A DNA stretch of 64,000 nucleotides from contig JBGFSC010000021.1 in assembly GCA_041694815.1 (NCBI GenBank), forward strand, positions 18,498 to 82,497, written 5' to 3'. Every line of letters starts with the position of its first letter. The stretch's first letter is position 1. Below the pieces are notes generated by a model that searched no databases, was not told the origin of the DNA, and saw nothing but the letters and a program-made list of their open reading frames with translations. This stretch comes from Elusimicrobiota bacterium (lineage in GTDB: Bacteria; Elusimicrobiota; Elusimicrobia; UBA1565; JACRDR01). Below are positions 36,278-45,209 of this stretch, in pieces. The translations under genes and the position numbers were made by a program.

Positions 36278-37294
36278 TCAGTCCTTCTTATCGTCAGGTA
36301 CGAAGGACAGGAGAAGCTTCTTAATATCACTGTCGAATTGCTCGACGACGGGCTTATCCATTCCCCAGCCGCCCCGTTTGCGCGCGGCCTCGAGCTGCAT
36401 AACGGCCTGGCGGATGGGGACCGCCATGGTGATGCCGCCGAACTGGGTCGACGGCAAGCGGGTGACGATGATCTCTACGATCCCGACGACCTCGCCGCGG
36501 CTGTTGAGCAGCGGGCCGCCGGAATTGCCCGGGTTGGCGACCGCGTCGGTCTGGATCACCCGGCGCATGACGCGCCGCCCCATGGGGTCGGTCAACGGCT
36601 CCCCGTTCTCCGTCTCGACCGGCCATAACCTCTCCGGACCGCTGATGGAGCCGCAATTGAAGCTCCAGTCATAGCCCATGCCGTGGCCGATGGAGCAGAC
36701 GATTTCGCCGATCTTGGGCGTCTCCTGGGCCAAGGGGAGGGTGGGCAGGTTTTCCCCCTCGATCTTGATGAGCGCCACGTCGAGGTACTTGTCGGCCGCG
36801 ACCACCCGCGCGTCCACACGCTTCTTCTCATCGCCAAAGAGCTCCACCGAGATATCGGCGCCGGTTTCAACCGCTTCGATCACGTGGTGATTGGTAAGTA
36901 TGTAGCCGGAGGGATGGATTAAAAATCCCGTTCCCCCTCCCACCGGCTCGCGGTCGGCACCGCGCTGTTCCTCGGCCAATGGGGAGACGGGATTCACCTT
37001 CCTACTGCTGTTGACCTTGACCACCGCCGGAGCCGCCTGTTCGAATAGCGCGTTCATCTCCATGCCCAGCTCGCGGAGCAGGCGCCCTCCACCGTTGGGG
37101 TTGGGGTTGAGCCGCCGGACGCCTTTAAGGTCCGGTATCTCGGGGGAATTAAACGGCGTGAAAGACCTTATCTGATCGAGGAAATCCGGAGCGCCGTCCG
37201 GCTCCTGGGAATGAGCCCGAAGGGCGCCCGCATGGACGAGGATAGAGACGGAAAGGAAAAACACGCCCGCCGCCCGGAACGCACGACACATCAT
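36278..37294 (-). CDS. Exported trypsin-like (S1C) serine protease lacking PDZ
   Basis: GGAGG SD before ATG 37294; GTGFLI, TNHHV, DVAL, QTDAVANPGNSGGPL. Confidence 0.87.
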   Translation of the reverse strand: MMCRAFRAAGVFFLSVSILVHAGALRAHSQEPDGAPDFLDQIRSFTPFNSPEIPDLKGVRRLNPNPNGGGRLLRELGMEMNALFEQAAPAVVKVNSSRKVNPVSPLAEEQRGADREPVGGGTGFLIHPSGYILTNHHVIEAVETGADISVELFGDEKKRVDARVVAADKYLDVALIKIEGENLPTLPLAQETPKIGEIVCSIGHGMGYDWSFNCGSISGPERLWPVETENGEPLTDPMGRRVMRRVIQTDAVANPGNSGGPLLNSRGEVVGIVEIIVTRLPSTQFGGITMAVPIRQAVMQLEAARKRGGWGMDKPVVEQFDSDIKKLLLSFVPDDKKD

Positions 37295-37337
37295 GAACCG
37301 CCTCCTGTCCTCTATTAGTACGCGCCGTCGCGGTATT

Positions 37338-38606
37338 TTAACGTTCGCCGTCGGCCCGGGCAAGGCACGAAGGGCCTACGCTGTCTTGGGTCCTAGGGCC
37401 TGGGAACTTCAAGCGAAGCAGGCGCGGCAGGGACTCGACGTATTGGAGCGCGACGAGGACGCATACGCACGCGCCGATGCTGACCGTCCATGGCGCGCCA
37501 ACCTTGGTGGCGAGCCAGCCGGCCCCGAAGTTCCCGATCGGCGTGGCCCCCATGAACATCATGGTGTAAAAGGCCATGACCCTGCCCCGGAAACGATCCG
37601 AGGAAAGGTCCTGGAGCAAGGTATTGACCCCCGCCATCTGCAGCATCACCCCGAGCCCCACGACGGCCATGAGCAACGCCGACAGCCATAAGGCGCGCGA
37701 GAGCGAGAAGCCGATCAAGGCCGCCCCGAAGAGAAGGGTGGTGCGCAGGACCAGGCGGTCGAGCCCATCGGGACCGGGGCGCCGAGCCAAGAACAATGAT
37801 CCCAAGGTCGCCCCGACTCCGGAAGCCCCCATCAGCAAGCCCAAACCCGCCGAGCCGGCATGCAGCACCTCCTCGGCGAATACCGGCATGAGAACGACGA
37901 AGGGCATGCCCGCCAGGCTGACGACTCCCAGGAGGATCAAAATGATCCGGATGGGCTCCTCGCGGAGCACGTAATCGACGCCGCTGCGGATCTCCTTGAG
38001 CGCGGAGGCACCCGCCTCCGGCGCGGCCGGCCCAGGGAGGCCGCGCATCATCCGCAGCCCGACGAGCACGGCCAGGAAGCTGGCGGCGTTGATCGCAAAG
38101 CACACGCCCTCGCCCCAGAGACCGACAATCAGGCCCGCCGCGGAGGGGCCCAAGATCCGCGAGCCGTTGACGATCGTCGAATTCAAGGCGATGGCGTTGT
38201 GCCGGTCGGAGGCCGGCACCAGCTCGCCAATGAGCACTTGGCGCGCCGGTATGTCGAAGGCGTTCACGATCCCCAGCAGTGCGGCCAGCGAGTAGATATG
38301 CCAGACCTCGATGCGCCCCGACAGCGTTAAGAAGGCGAGCAGCAGCGCCTGCGCCAGGGCCAGGGCTTGGGTCCACAATACCAGCCGCCTCCTGTCGGTG
38401 CAGTCTACGACCACACCGGCATAAAGGCCGGCCAAAAAGCCCGGAAACTGCCCGGCGAAACCCACCAGTCCCAACTGGAACGGGTCTCGGGTGAGGCGAT
38501 AGACGAGCCATGACAATGCTACCTGCTGCATCCAAGAGCCGGTAAGCGATACGAATTGCCCGATAAAAAACAGTCGATAATTCCTATATTTTAGGGACTT
38601 AAACAC
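37338..38606 (-). CDS. MFS transporter
   Basis: GTG 38606 (FKSLKYRNYRLFFIGQFVSLTGSWMQ); about 12 TMs; FDIPARQ, FRGRVMAFY motifs. Confidence 0.92.
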   Translation of the reverse strand: MFKSLKYRNYRLFFIGQFVSLTGSWMQQVALSWLVYRLTRDPFQLGLVGFAGQFPGFLAGLYAGVVVDCTDRRRLVLWTQALALAQALLLAFLTLSGRIEVWHIYSLAALLGIVNAFDIPARQVLIGELVPASDRHNAIALNSTIVNGSRILGPSAAGLIVGLWGEGVCFAINAASFLAVLVGLRMMRGLPGPAAPEAGASALKEIRSGVDYVLREEPIRIILILLGVVSLAGMPFVVLMPVFAEEVLHAGSAGLGLLMGASGVGATLGSLFLARRPGPDGLDRLVLRTTLLFGAALIGFSLSRALWLSALLMAVVGLGVMLQMAGVNTLLQDLSSDRFRGRVMAFYTMMFMGATPIGNFGAGWLATKVGAPWTVSIGACVCVLVALQYVESLPRLLRLKFPGPRTQDSVGPSCLARADGER

Positions 38607-38612
38607 TTGATT

Positions 38613-38650
38613 AGTATAACAAATCGACTTCGGCGGGCTTTTGGTATAAT
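38613..38650. promoter_or_regulatory. Back-to-back extended -10 elements for MFS (minus) and uvrB (plus)
   Basis: Minus TGtTATACT (38613-38618), 6 nt from GTG 38606; plus TGgTATAAT (38645-38650), 5 nt from GTG 38656. Confidence 0.7.
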
Positions 38651-38655
38651 AAACT

Positions 38656-40710
38656 GTGAGTTCTTTTCGACTTATTTCCGATTTCAAACCCGCCGGAGAC
38701 CAGCCCAAGGCGATCGAGGAGTTGAGCGCGGGCCTGAGGGGCGGCGCTCAACCGCAGGTCCTGCTCGGAGTCACCGGCTCGGGGAAGACGTTCACCATGG
38801 CCGCCGTCATCGAGCGGCTCGACCGACCCACCTTGGTCATATCTCCCAATAAGGTCCTCGCCGCGCAATTGTACGCGGAATTCAAGGCCTTTTTCCCCCA
38901 AAACGCCGTGGAGTACTTCATATCGTACTACGACTATTACCAGCCGGAAGCCTACGTACCATCGACCGACACCTACATCGAGAAGGATTCGGCGGTCAAC
39001 GAGCATATCGACATGCTGCGGCTGAAGGCTACCAGTTCCCTCTTGTCCCGGCGCGACGTCATCGTGGTGGCCTCGGTGTCTTGCATCTACAACATCGGCT
39101 CCCCCGAAAACTACAAGGAGCTTTGCCTCGGGCTGCGCGTCGGACAGGCGATCTCGCGAGAGGAGATACTGGGCGGCCTAGTCGCCACCCATTACGAACG
39201 CAACGAGACGGAGTTCGCCCGTGGCAAATTCCGGGTCAAGGGCGGCGTCATCGACGTATTCCCCGCCTACGGCGACAGCGCCGTGCGCGTCTGCCTCGAG
39301 GACGGGCGTATCGCCTCCTTGAGCGGCCTGCATCCCTTGACGGGATCGAAGACCGCCGAGTTCGAGCAATGCTTCATCTACCCCGCCAAGCACTATCTCA
39401 CGACCCGGCCAGAGCTAGACCGGGCCCTCGGCACCATCGAGGCCGAGCTCCAGGAGCGCCTCGCCTACTTCAAGGACCGGGGCAAGCTGCTGGAGGCGCA
39501 GCGGCTCGAGCAGAGGACCCGCTACGACATGGAGATGCTCCGCGAGCTGGGTTTCTGCCATGGCGTCGAGAATTACTCGAGGCACCTTTCGGGGCGGCCT
39601 CCCGGCGCCCGTCCCTTCTGCCTGCTCGACTATTTCCCCCGGGATTACCTCCTCTTCATCGACGAGTCTCACGTGACGGTGCCGCAGATACGCGGCATGT
39701 ACGAGGGCGACCGCGCGAGGAAGGCGACCTTGGTCGACTTCGGCTTCAGGCTGCCGTCGGCGATGGACAATCGGCCCCTCAAGTTCGACGAGTTCGAGTC
39801 CCTGGTGGGGCACAGCGTCTTCGTCTCGGCCACTCCCGGCCCTTACGAGCTGCGCAAGTCCGGCGGCGCGGTCGTCGAGCAGGTGATACGGCCCACCGGC
39901 TTAGTCGACCCCGAGGTACTGCTACACCCGACGGAAGGACAGATCCCGCACCTCATCGGACTCATCGCGGAGCGCGCGGCGAAAAAAGAGCGCACGCTCG
40001 TGACCACCCTGACCAAGAGGACCGCCGAGGATCTGACCACCTATCTCGCGGGCAAGGGGCTCAAGGTCCGCTACCTCCACTCCGATATCGACTCGCTCAC
40101 CCGGGTGGAGATACTCAAGGAGCTGCGCCTCGGACGATTCGACGTGCTCGTCGGCATCAACCTGCTCCGCGAGGGGCTTGACCTTCCCGAGGTTTCCCTG
40201 GTCGCCGTGCTCGACGCCGCCAACGAGGGCTTCCTGCGCAGCGAGACGACCCTGATCCAGATCGCGGGGCGCGCCGCCAGGCACCTGGGCGGCCAGGTGG
40301 TCTTTTACGCCGACGCCGTCACGGGCTCGATGCGCCGCGCCTTGGATGAGATGCAGCGGCGGCGGGCCCTCCAACTGGAATACAATCGGACGCATCATAT
40401 CACGCCGAGGGGCATACAAAAGGCCGTGCAGGACTTAGAGGAATTCCAGACCCATGCCAAGACCGAAGCGCTCTCCATGGTGCGCAGCGCCCAAGCCAAG
40501 CCCCTCAACAGAAAAAATTTGCCCCATCTGGTGGCGGACTTGGAGCGCCAGATGAAGGAGGCCGCCGACAATCTCGACTTCGAGCTGGCGGCGGCCCTGC
40601 GCGACAGCATCATCGAGCTCCGGGAGATGAGCGGACTCAAAGCCCCTCTTTCGCGCGAACGCCGGGACGGCTCGACCCGGCGCGGCGCCAAGCGCGCCGT
40701 CCGCAGGTAA
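38656..40710 (+). CDS. uvrB: Excinuclease ABC subunit B
   Basis: GVTGSGKT, SYYDYYQPEAY, DESH, GFRLPSAMDNRPL, GINLLREGLDLPEV, C-terminal UVR domain. Confidence 0.98.
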   Translation: MSSFRLISDFKPAGDQPKAIEELSAGLRGGAQPQVLLGVTGSGKTFTMAAVIERLDRPTLVISPNKVLAAQLYAEFKAFFPQNAVEYFISYYDYYQPEAYVPSTDTYIEKDSAVNEHIDMLRLKATSSLLSRRDVIVVASVSCIYNIGSPENYKELCLGLRVGQAISREEILGGLVATHYERNETEFARGKFRVKGGVIDVFPAYGDSAVRVCLEDGRIASLSGLHPLTGSKTAEFEQCFIYPAKHYLTTRPELDRALGTIEAELQERLAYFKDRGKLLEAQRLEQRTRYDMEMLRELGFCHGVENYSRHLSGRPPGARPFCLLDYFPRDYLLFIDESHVTVPQIRGMYEGDRARKATLVDFGFRLPSAMDNRPLKFDEFESLVGHSVFVSATPGPYELRKSGGAVVEQVIRPTGLVDPEVLLHPTEGQIPHLIGLIAERAAKKERTLVTTLTKRTAEDLTTYLAGKGLKVRYLHSDIDSLTRVEILKELRLGRFDVLVGINLLREGLDLPEVSLVAVLDAANEGFLRSETTLIQIAGRAARHLGGQVVFYADAVTGSMRRALDEMQRRRALQLEYNRTHHITPRGIQKAVQDLEEFQTHAKTEALSMVRSAQAKPLNRKNLPHLVADLERQMKEAADNLDFELAAALRDSIIELREMSGLKAPLSRERRDGSTRRGAKRAVRR

Positions 40711-41570
40711 TGAAAACCCCGGAGGTATCCGCACTGATCCGCGCGGCGTTGCGGGAGGACTTAGGAAACGGCGGAGACCTCAGCACGCGTTTCTTCGTGC
40801 CCGTCGGCGTCCGGCTCCGCGGCAGGATCGTGGCCAGGCAGTCCGGCGTCATTTGCGGGATGGGGGTCGCCAGGGAGGTGTTCAAGGCCGTTTCGCCGGC
40901 TATCCGATTCAAAGCCTTGGCGCGAGACGGCGACCGGGTCGGGCCGCACGCCGTCGTGGCGCGACTGGAGGGGCCGCGGCAGATCCTGACGGCGGAACGC
41001 ACCGCGCTTAATTTCCTCCAACGCCTCTCGGGCGTCGCGACCCGGGCCCGCGCGTTCGCCGAGCGCGTCCGGGGGACGCGCGCCCGCGTCTACGATACCC
41101 GCAAGACCTTGCCGGGATGGAGGGCTCTCGATAAATACGCGGTCCGCTGCGGCGGGGCCAGCAACCACCGCATGGGCCTCTATGACATGGCCATGCTCAA
41201 GGACAATCATCTGCGATTCGGTGGCGCGCGCCTCAAGAAGGCCGTGGCGGCTTTCCGTAGGCGCCACCCCAGGACGCCGCTGTTGATGGAGGCCAAAACC
41301 CGCGCGCAGGTCAAAGCGGCCCTCTCCTGCGGCGCCGACATCATCTTGCTAGACAACATGCCGCTGCGGCGCCTGCGCCGCGAGATCGCGCATATCCGCC
41401 GCGCCGCGCCCTCCAAGCACATCGAAGTCTCGGGAGGCGTCTGCTTGTCGAACGTGCGCCGCATCGCGCGCCTGGGCCCGGACCGCATCTCGGTGGGCGC
41501 GCTCACCCATTCCGCTCCCGCCCTAGACCTCAGCCTGGAGATCGACCATGGAATTGCCCGGAATACGTAA
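40710..41570 (+). CDS. nadC: Nicotinate-nucleotide pyrophosphorylase (QPRTase)
   Basis: ERTALNFLQRLSGVAT, DTRKTLPG, NHRMGLYD, KDNH, LLDN, EVSGG, SVGALTHS. Confidence 0.96.
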   Translation: MKTPEVSALIRAALREDLGNGGDLSTRFFVPVGVRLRGRIVARQSGVICGMGVAREVFKAVSPAIRFKALARDGDRVGPHAVVARLEGPRQILTAERTALNFLQRLSGVATRARAFAERVRGTRARVYDTRKTLPGWRALDKYAVRCGGASNHRMGLYDMAMLKDNHLRFGGARLKKAVAAFRRRHPRTPLLMEAKTRAQVKAALSCGADIILLDNMPLRRLRREIAHIRRAAPSKHIEVSGGVCLSNVRRIARLGPDRISVGALTHSAPALDLSLEIDHGIARNT

Positions 41571-42198
41571 GCTCGTCCATCGCCCACTCGTGGACTCGAC
41601 GCAGACCGTCGCCCGTGAATTGGCGGAGCACGGCGCCGAGGAGGGAACCCTCGTCTGGGCGGACGAGCAAAGCCGCGGCCGAGGCCGCATGGAGCGCAGC
41701 TGGCAGTCGCCCCCCGGGGGGCTTTACCTCTCGCTCATCCTGCGCCCCAAGATGGCACCGCAGCGCCTAGCGGAGCTTAGCCTCGCCGCGGCCGAAGCCG
41801 TCGCCAAGGCCCTCAGCCATGCCACCGGGCTCGAGACGGCGGTCAAACCCCCCAACGACGTTTTCGCCAAGGCGCCCGGCCCCTCCCCTGAAGCCGAGGC
41901 CTCGCCTAATCCCGGGCGCCTCAGCGCCCAAGACGTTCCCGCTGGATATAAGAAGGTGTCGGGAATACTCGTCGAAGCGTCCGGAGGGCCTTCCCACATC
42001 GATTGGATCCTCATCGGCATCGGCGTGAACGTCAACAACGAGGCCCCTAAATCCATCCCCTTGGCCGGGTCCCTCAAGGATTTGGCTGGCAGGCAGTTCG
42101 AGATCGAGGCTCTGCTGCGCCTCATCTTGGAGGAATTTCAGTCTAAATACCGCGGTATCCTGAGCGCCTCCAATGGGCACATGGAAAAGCCGCATTAA
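41548..42198 (+). CDS. birA: Biotin-protein ligase (catalytic domain only)
   Basis: VDSTQ, QSRGRGR..W, LYLS, KPPND..KKVSGILVE, GIGVNV. Confidence 0.9.
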   Translation: MELPGIRKLVHRPLVDSTQTVARELAEHGAEEGTLVWADEQSRGRGRMERSWQSPPGGLYLSLILRPKMAPQRLAELSLAAAEAVAKALSHATGLETAVKPPNDVFAKAPGPSPEAEASPNPGRLSAQDVPAGYKKVSGILVEASGGPSHIDWILIGIGVNVNNEAPKSIPLAGSLKDLAGRQFEIEALLRLILEEFQSKYRGILSASNGHMEKPH

Positions 42199-42205
42199 CG
42201 GCAAT

Positions 42206-42262
42206 TTTTACGCGCTTTGAGCGCTTTTAGAAAGGCCGCCGTTGAAAATGCGGCGGCCTCGA
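42206..42262. repeat. Intergenic double-hairpin repeat, copy C (divergent second stem)
   Basis: TTTTACGCGCTTTGAGCGC is identical to copy A (19 nt), then stem AGGCCGCCG..CGGCGGCCT followed by CGA. Confidence 0.65.
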
Positions 42263-42285
42263 AGAAAAAATGGTATAAAATGCCG

Positions 42286-42759
42286 ATGGCAGAGACCTAT
42301 TTGACACGCGCCGGCTACGAGAAGCTCGTAAGCGACCTACAGGCCCTCAAGCGGCGCAAGACCCAGCTCTCCAAAGAAATCGGGGAAGCCGCCGAGAAAG
42401 GAGACCTCCGCGAGAACGCCGACTACACCTCCGCCAAGGAAAAGCAGGCCGAGGTGCTGCGCCGCATCCACGAGCTCGAGGACAAGCTCAAGGGCGTACG
42501 TCTCATCGATGATCTCAAGATCAAGGACGGCGAGGTGCAGATCGGCGTGCGGGTGACGCTCCGCGAAAAGGATTCGGGCGAGGAATACGTATGGACCTTG
42601 GTCGGCGCCGACGAGGCCGATCCGGCCGCCGGGAAGATATCCGTATACGCCCCGCTTTCCCAAGGGATCCTCGGCAAGAAGGTGGGCGAAGAGGTCAAGG
42701 TCCAGCTTCCCGCCGGCCCCAAATCCTTCAAGATCCTGAAAACGGAACCGGCGCTTTAA
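42286..42759 (+). CDS. greA: Transcription elongation factor GreA
   Basis: YLTRAGYEKL, GDLRENADY, ISVYAPLSQGILGK; TGgTATAAA 6 nt before ATG 42286. Confidence 0.95.
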   Translation: MAETYLTRAGYEKLVSDLQALKRRKTQLSKEIGEAAEKGDLRENADYTSAKEKQAEVLRRIHELEDKLKGVRLIDDLKIKDGEVQIGVRVTLREKDSGEEYVWTLVGADEADPAAGKISVYAPLSQGILGKKVGEEVKVQLPAGPKSFKILKTEPAL

Positions 42760-42772
42760 GCGCCGCCAGGCG

Positions 42773-43816
42773 ATGGACGCCAAGACGCTCTCGGATTCCA
42801 TCCGCGCCAAGGCGCGCTCCCTCGGCGCCGATCTGGTCGGCATTGCCCCGGCTCTCCTTCCAGAGGCTTCCGGCGGCCCTCAAGCCTACCGCGAGTGGAT
42901 CGAGAACGGCATGCACGCGACGATGGCCTATATGGCCCGCGATCCCCAGGGCCGGGACTCCATCACCCGTTGGTTTCCTGCCGCCAAGTCCGTCGTCCTG
43001 CTGGGATTTAGCTACGCCGGACAGCCGCCTCTTTCCGGCCCCGACGAGCCCTCGGGCACCGGCCGCGTCGCCCGTTACGCCGTTTCCAAGGACTACCACG
43101 ACACGCTCAAGCACAAGCTCAAGGAGCTCCTGGCTTGGATCCGTGAGCAGTCCGCGCCCATCTCGGGGAAGTTCTTCGTGGACAGCAGCCCCGTACTCGA
43201 GCGGCTCTATGCACGATACGCGGGGCTCGGCTGGGTCGGAAAGAACACCCTCCTGATCCACCCGAAACTAGGCTCCTTTTTCTTCCTGACCGGCCTGGCA
43301 TTGGACCGCGAGCTCGAGGCCGACGAGCCGCTGCCCGACCATTGTGGAAAATGCAACCGCTGCGTCGAATCCTGCCCGACGGACGCCTTCCCCCAAGCCC
43401 GGGTATTGGACGCCTCGCGCTGCATCGCGTACCTGACCATCGAGCATCGAGGCCCCATCCCTGAGGGACTTCGGGAGGGGACCGGCGACTGGATTTTCGG
43501 CTGCGACATTTGCCAGGATGTCTGTCCCTGGAACCGGTTTTCGAGGCCGAATCCCCTGTTTTCCCCACAGATCCCCCAACGCCTTGAGCTCGAGTCCGTC
43601 GCGGCGCTTTCCGACACCCAATTCGACGAGCGCTTCGCCCAGACGCCGGTAGAGCGCGCCGGCCGGCGGGGCCTAGTCCGCAACGCCCTCCTGGCCATGG
43701 GGAACTCCGGCGACCCGGCGCACCGCCCGCAGCTGGAGAAATTCGCCGAAGACCACGATCCGATGCTCGCCGAACAGGCCCGCTGGAGCCTGGCCCGCTT
43801 GGGGAGGATCGCATGA
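42773..43816 (+). CDS. queG: Epoxyqueuosine reductase
   Basis: VARYA..DYH, VDSSPVLER, GWVGKN, CGKCNRCVESCPT, RCIAY, FGCDICQDVCPWN. Confidence 0.95.
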   Translation: MDAKTLSDSIRAKARSLGADLVGIAPALLPEASGGPQAYREWIENGMHATMAYMARDPQGRDSITRWFPAAKSVVLLGFSYAGQPPLSGPDEPSGTGRVARYAVSKDYHDTLKHKLKELLAWIREQSAPISGKFFVDSSPVLERLYARYAGLGWVGKNTLLIHPKLGSFFFLTGLALDRELEADEPLPDHCGKCNRCVESCPTDAFPQARVLDASRCIAYLTIEHRGPIPEGLREGTGDWIFGCDICQDVCPWNRFSRPNPLFSPQIPQRLELESVAALSDTQFDERFAQTPVERAGRRGLVRNALLAMGNSGDPAHRPQLEKFAEDHDPMLAEQARWSLARLGRIA

Positions 43817-45114
43817 TCCGCGCGGGCCTTTTGCTGATGGCGTTAAACGCCGGCGCCTGGGCCTCCCCCATCCCGCATGACCGCCATGACCCGCATGAGG
43901 TGGTCCCTCCCAAGAAAATTCCCGAAGGGATGGGGGAAGACGAAGGGGAGCCCTGGCCGGTGCGCCTAATCGTATGGCCCATCCGACGCGGCATGTTCCT
44001 GCCCTTGCCCGTCGTCGACACGGACCCCAATCGAGGCGTGACCATGGGCATGATGCCGATCTGGGTGATCCAGCACCGCAGCGAGGAGCGCATCGAGCAT
44101 ATCTTCGCGCCTTCGCTGACGTACAACCATATTTTCCAAGGTAACCCGACCCTGCGCTACTATTATTACCGGACCCCGCAATCCCAAATAGTCCTGCGGG
44201 GCTCGATGGCCTTCCTCAACGACCGGGAACTCTTCGGGGAATACGTCGACAGCGATTTCCTGGGCAGGGGCATGGTGGCCGAGCTGCAGGGGCAATACAA
44301 CGTCGATGGCTCGATGCGTTTTTTCGGCATCGGTCCGGCGACGCCAAGATCCAACGAGACCAATTACAGCCTGGACGTCATCTCCTACCGCGCCGCCCTG
44401 GGCCTCCCGATGTTCTCTAAGGGAAGCCCCTGGATGTTCAAGTTCTCGCACGAAATGGCCGGCACCAAGATTTCCAACGGGCCCATCAACTCCGTGCCCG
44501 ATCTCCGAGCGCGTTTCCCGCAGCTCGAGCCCGCCCACCGCCACCAGATTTCGCGCTTTAGGTGGATGCTGGAGTACGATACCCGCGACAACGAGATCAC
44601 CACGTCCCGCGGCAGCTACGCGCATATCTTCATCGATGGCTCGCGCCGTGGCTTCGGCAGCGAATACCTCTACCATTTCTACGGCGCCGACCTGCGACAA
44701 TTCTACCGGCCTTCCCCCGAATCCCCATTCGTGACAGCGGGCAACGTCAAATTCCAGCAGATCGTCGGGGACGCCCCTTTTTGGTTGATGCCCCAATTGG
44801 GAGGCAAATACATCCACCGCGCCTACGGCGACGGCCGCTATATCGACAACGGCCTCCTGGTCGCCAACATCGAGGAGCGCTACACTTTTTATCAAGTGAG
44901 GATGTCGGGGGTCACCACCGAATTCGAGCTCGCCCCCTTCGTCGGCGTGGGCACGGTCTTCGACACGCCGGGGCGTATGCGTTCCAATTACGCCCGGCCG
45001 GTTTACGGCGCCGCGATCCGGGCCGTCGCGCGGCCCCAGGTGGTCGGCTCCGTCGATTTCGGCGTGGGCCAGGAAGGCCTGGCGGCCTTCATGGACATCA
45101 ACTACTCGTTCTAG
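43813..45114 (+). CDS. Omp85/BamA-TamA-family outer-membrane barrel without evident POTRA domains
   Basis: Signal peptide; EYDTRDN...RG, LGG..HRAY..GRYID loop motif; C-terminal INYSF. Confidence 0.8.
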   Translation: MIRAGLLLMALNAGAWASPIPHDRHDPHEVVPPKKIPEGMGEDEGEPWPVRLIVWPIRRGMFLPLPVVDTDPNRGVTMGMMPIWVIQHRSEERIEHIFAPSLTYNHIFQGNPTLRYYYYRTPQSQIVLRGSMAFLNDRELFGEYVDSDFLGRGMVAELQGQYNVDGSMRFFGIGPATPRSNETNYSLDVISYRAALGLPMFSKGSPWMFKFSHEMAGTKISNGPINSVPDLRARFPQLEPAHRHQISRFRWMLEYDTRDNEITTSRGSYAHIFIDGSRRGFGSEYLYHFYGADLRQFYRPSPESPFVTAGNVKFQQIVGDAPFWLMPQLGGKYIHRAYGDGRYIDNGLLVANIEERYTFYQVRMSGVTTEFELAPFVGVGTVFDTPGRMRSNYARPVYGAAIRAVARPQVVGSVDFGVGQEGLAAFMDINYSF

Positions 45115-45134
45115 ACAATTTCTCACGCCGGGGC

Positions 45135-45200
45135 GGACCTAAAGGCCTATCGCCCCCAGGACCATTGGCCCATGCGACTACGCTATTTTAATGGCATACC
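45135..45200 (+). promoter_or_regulatory. 23-bp-phased boxes plus TGGCATAC, same layout as 32240-32328
   Basis: GGACCTAAAGGCCT (45135), AGGACCATTGGCCC (45158), TGGCATAC (45192). Confidence 0.5.
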
Positions 45201-45209
45201 TATTAGGTC

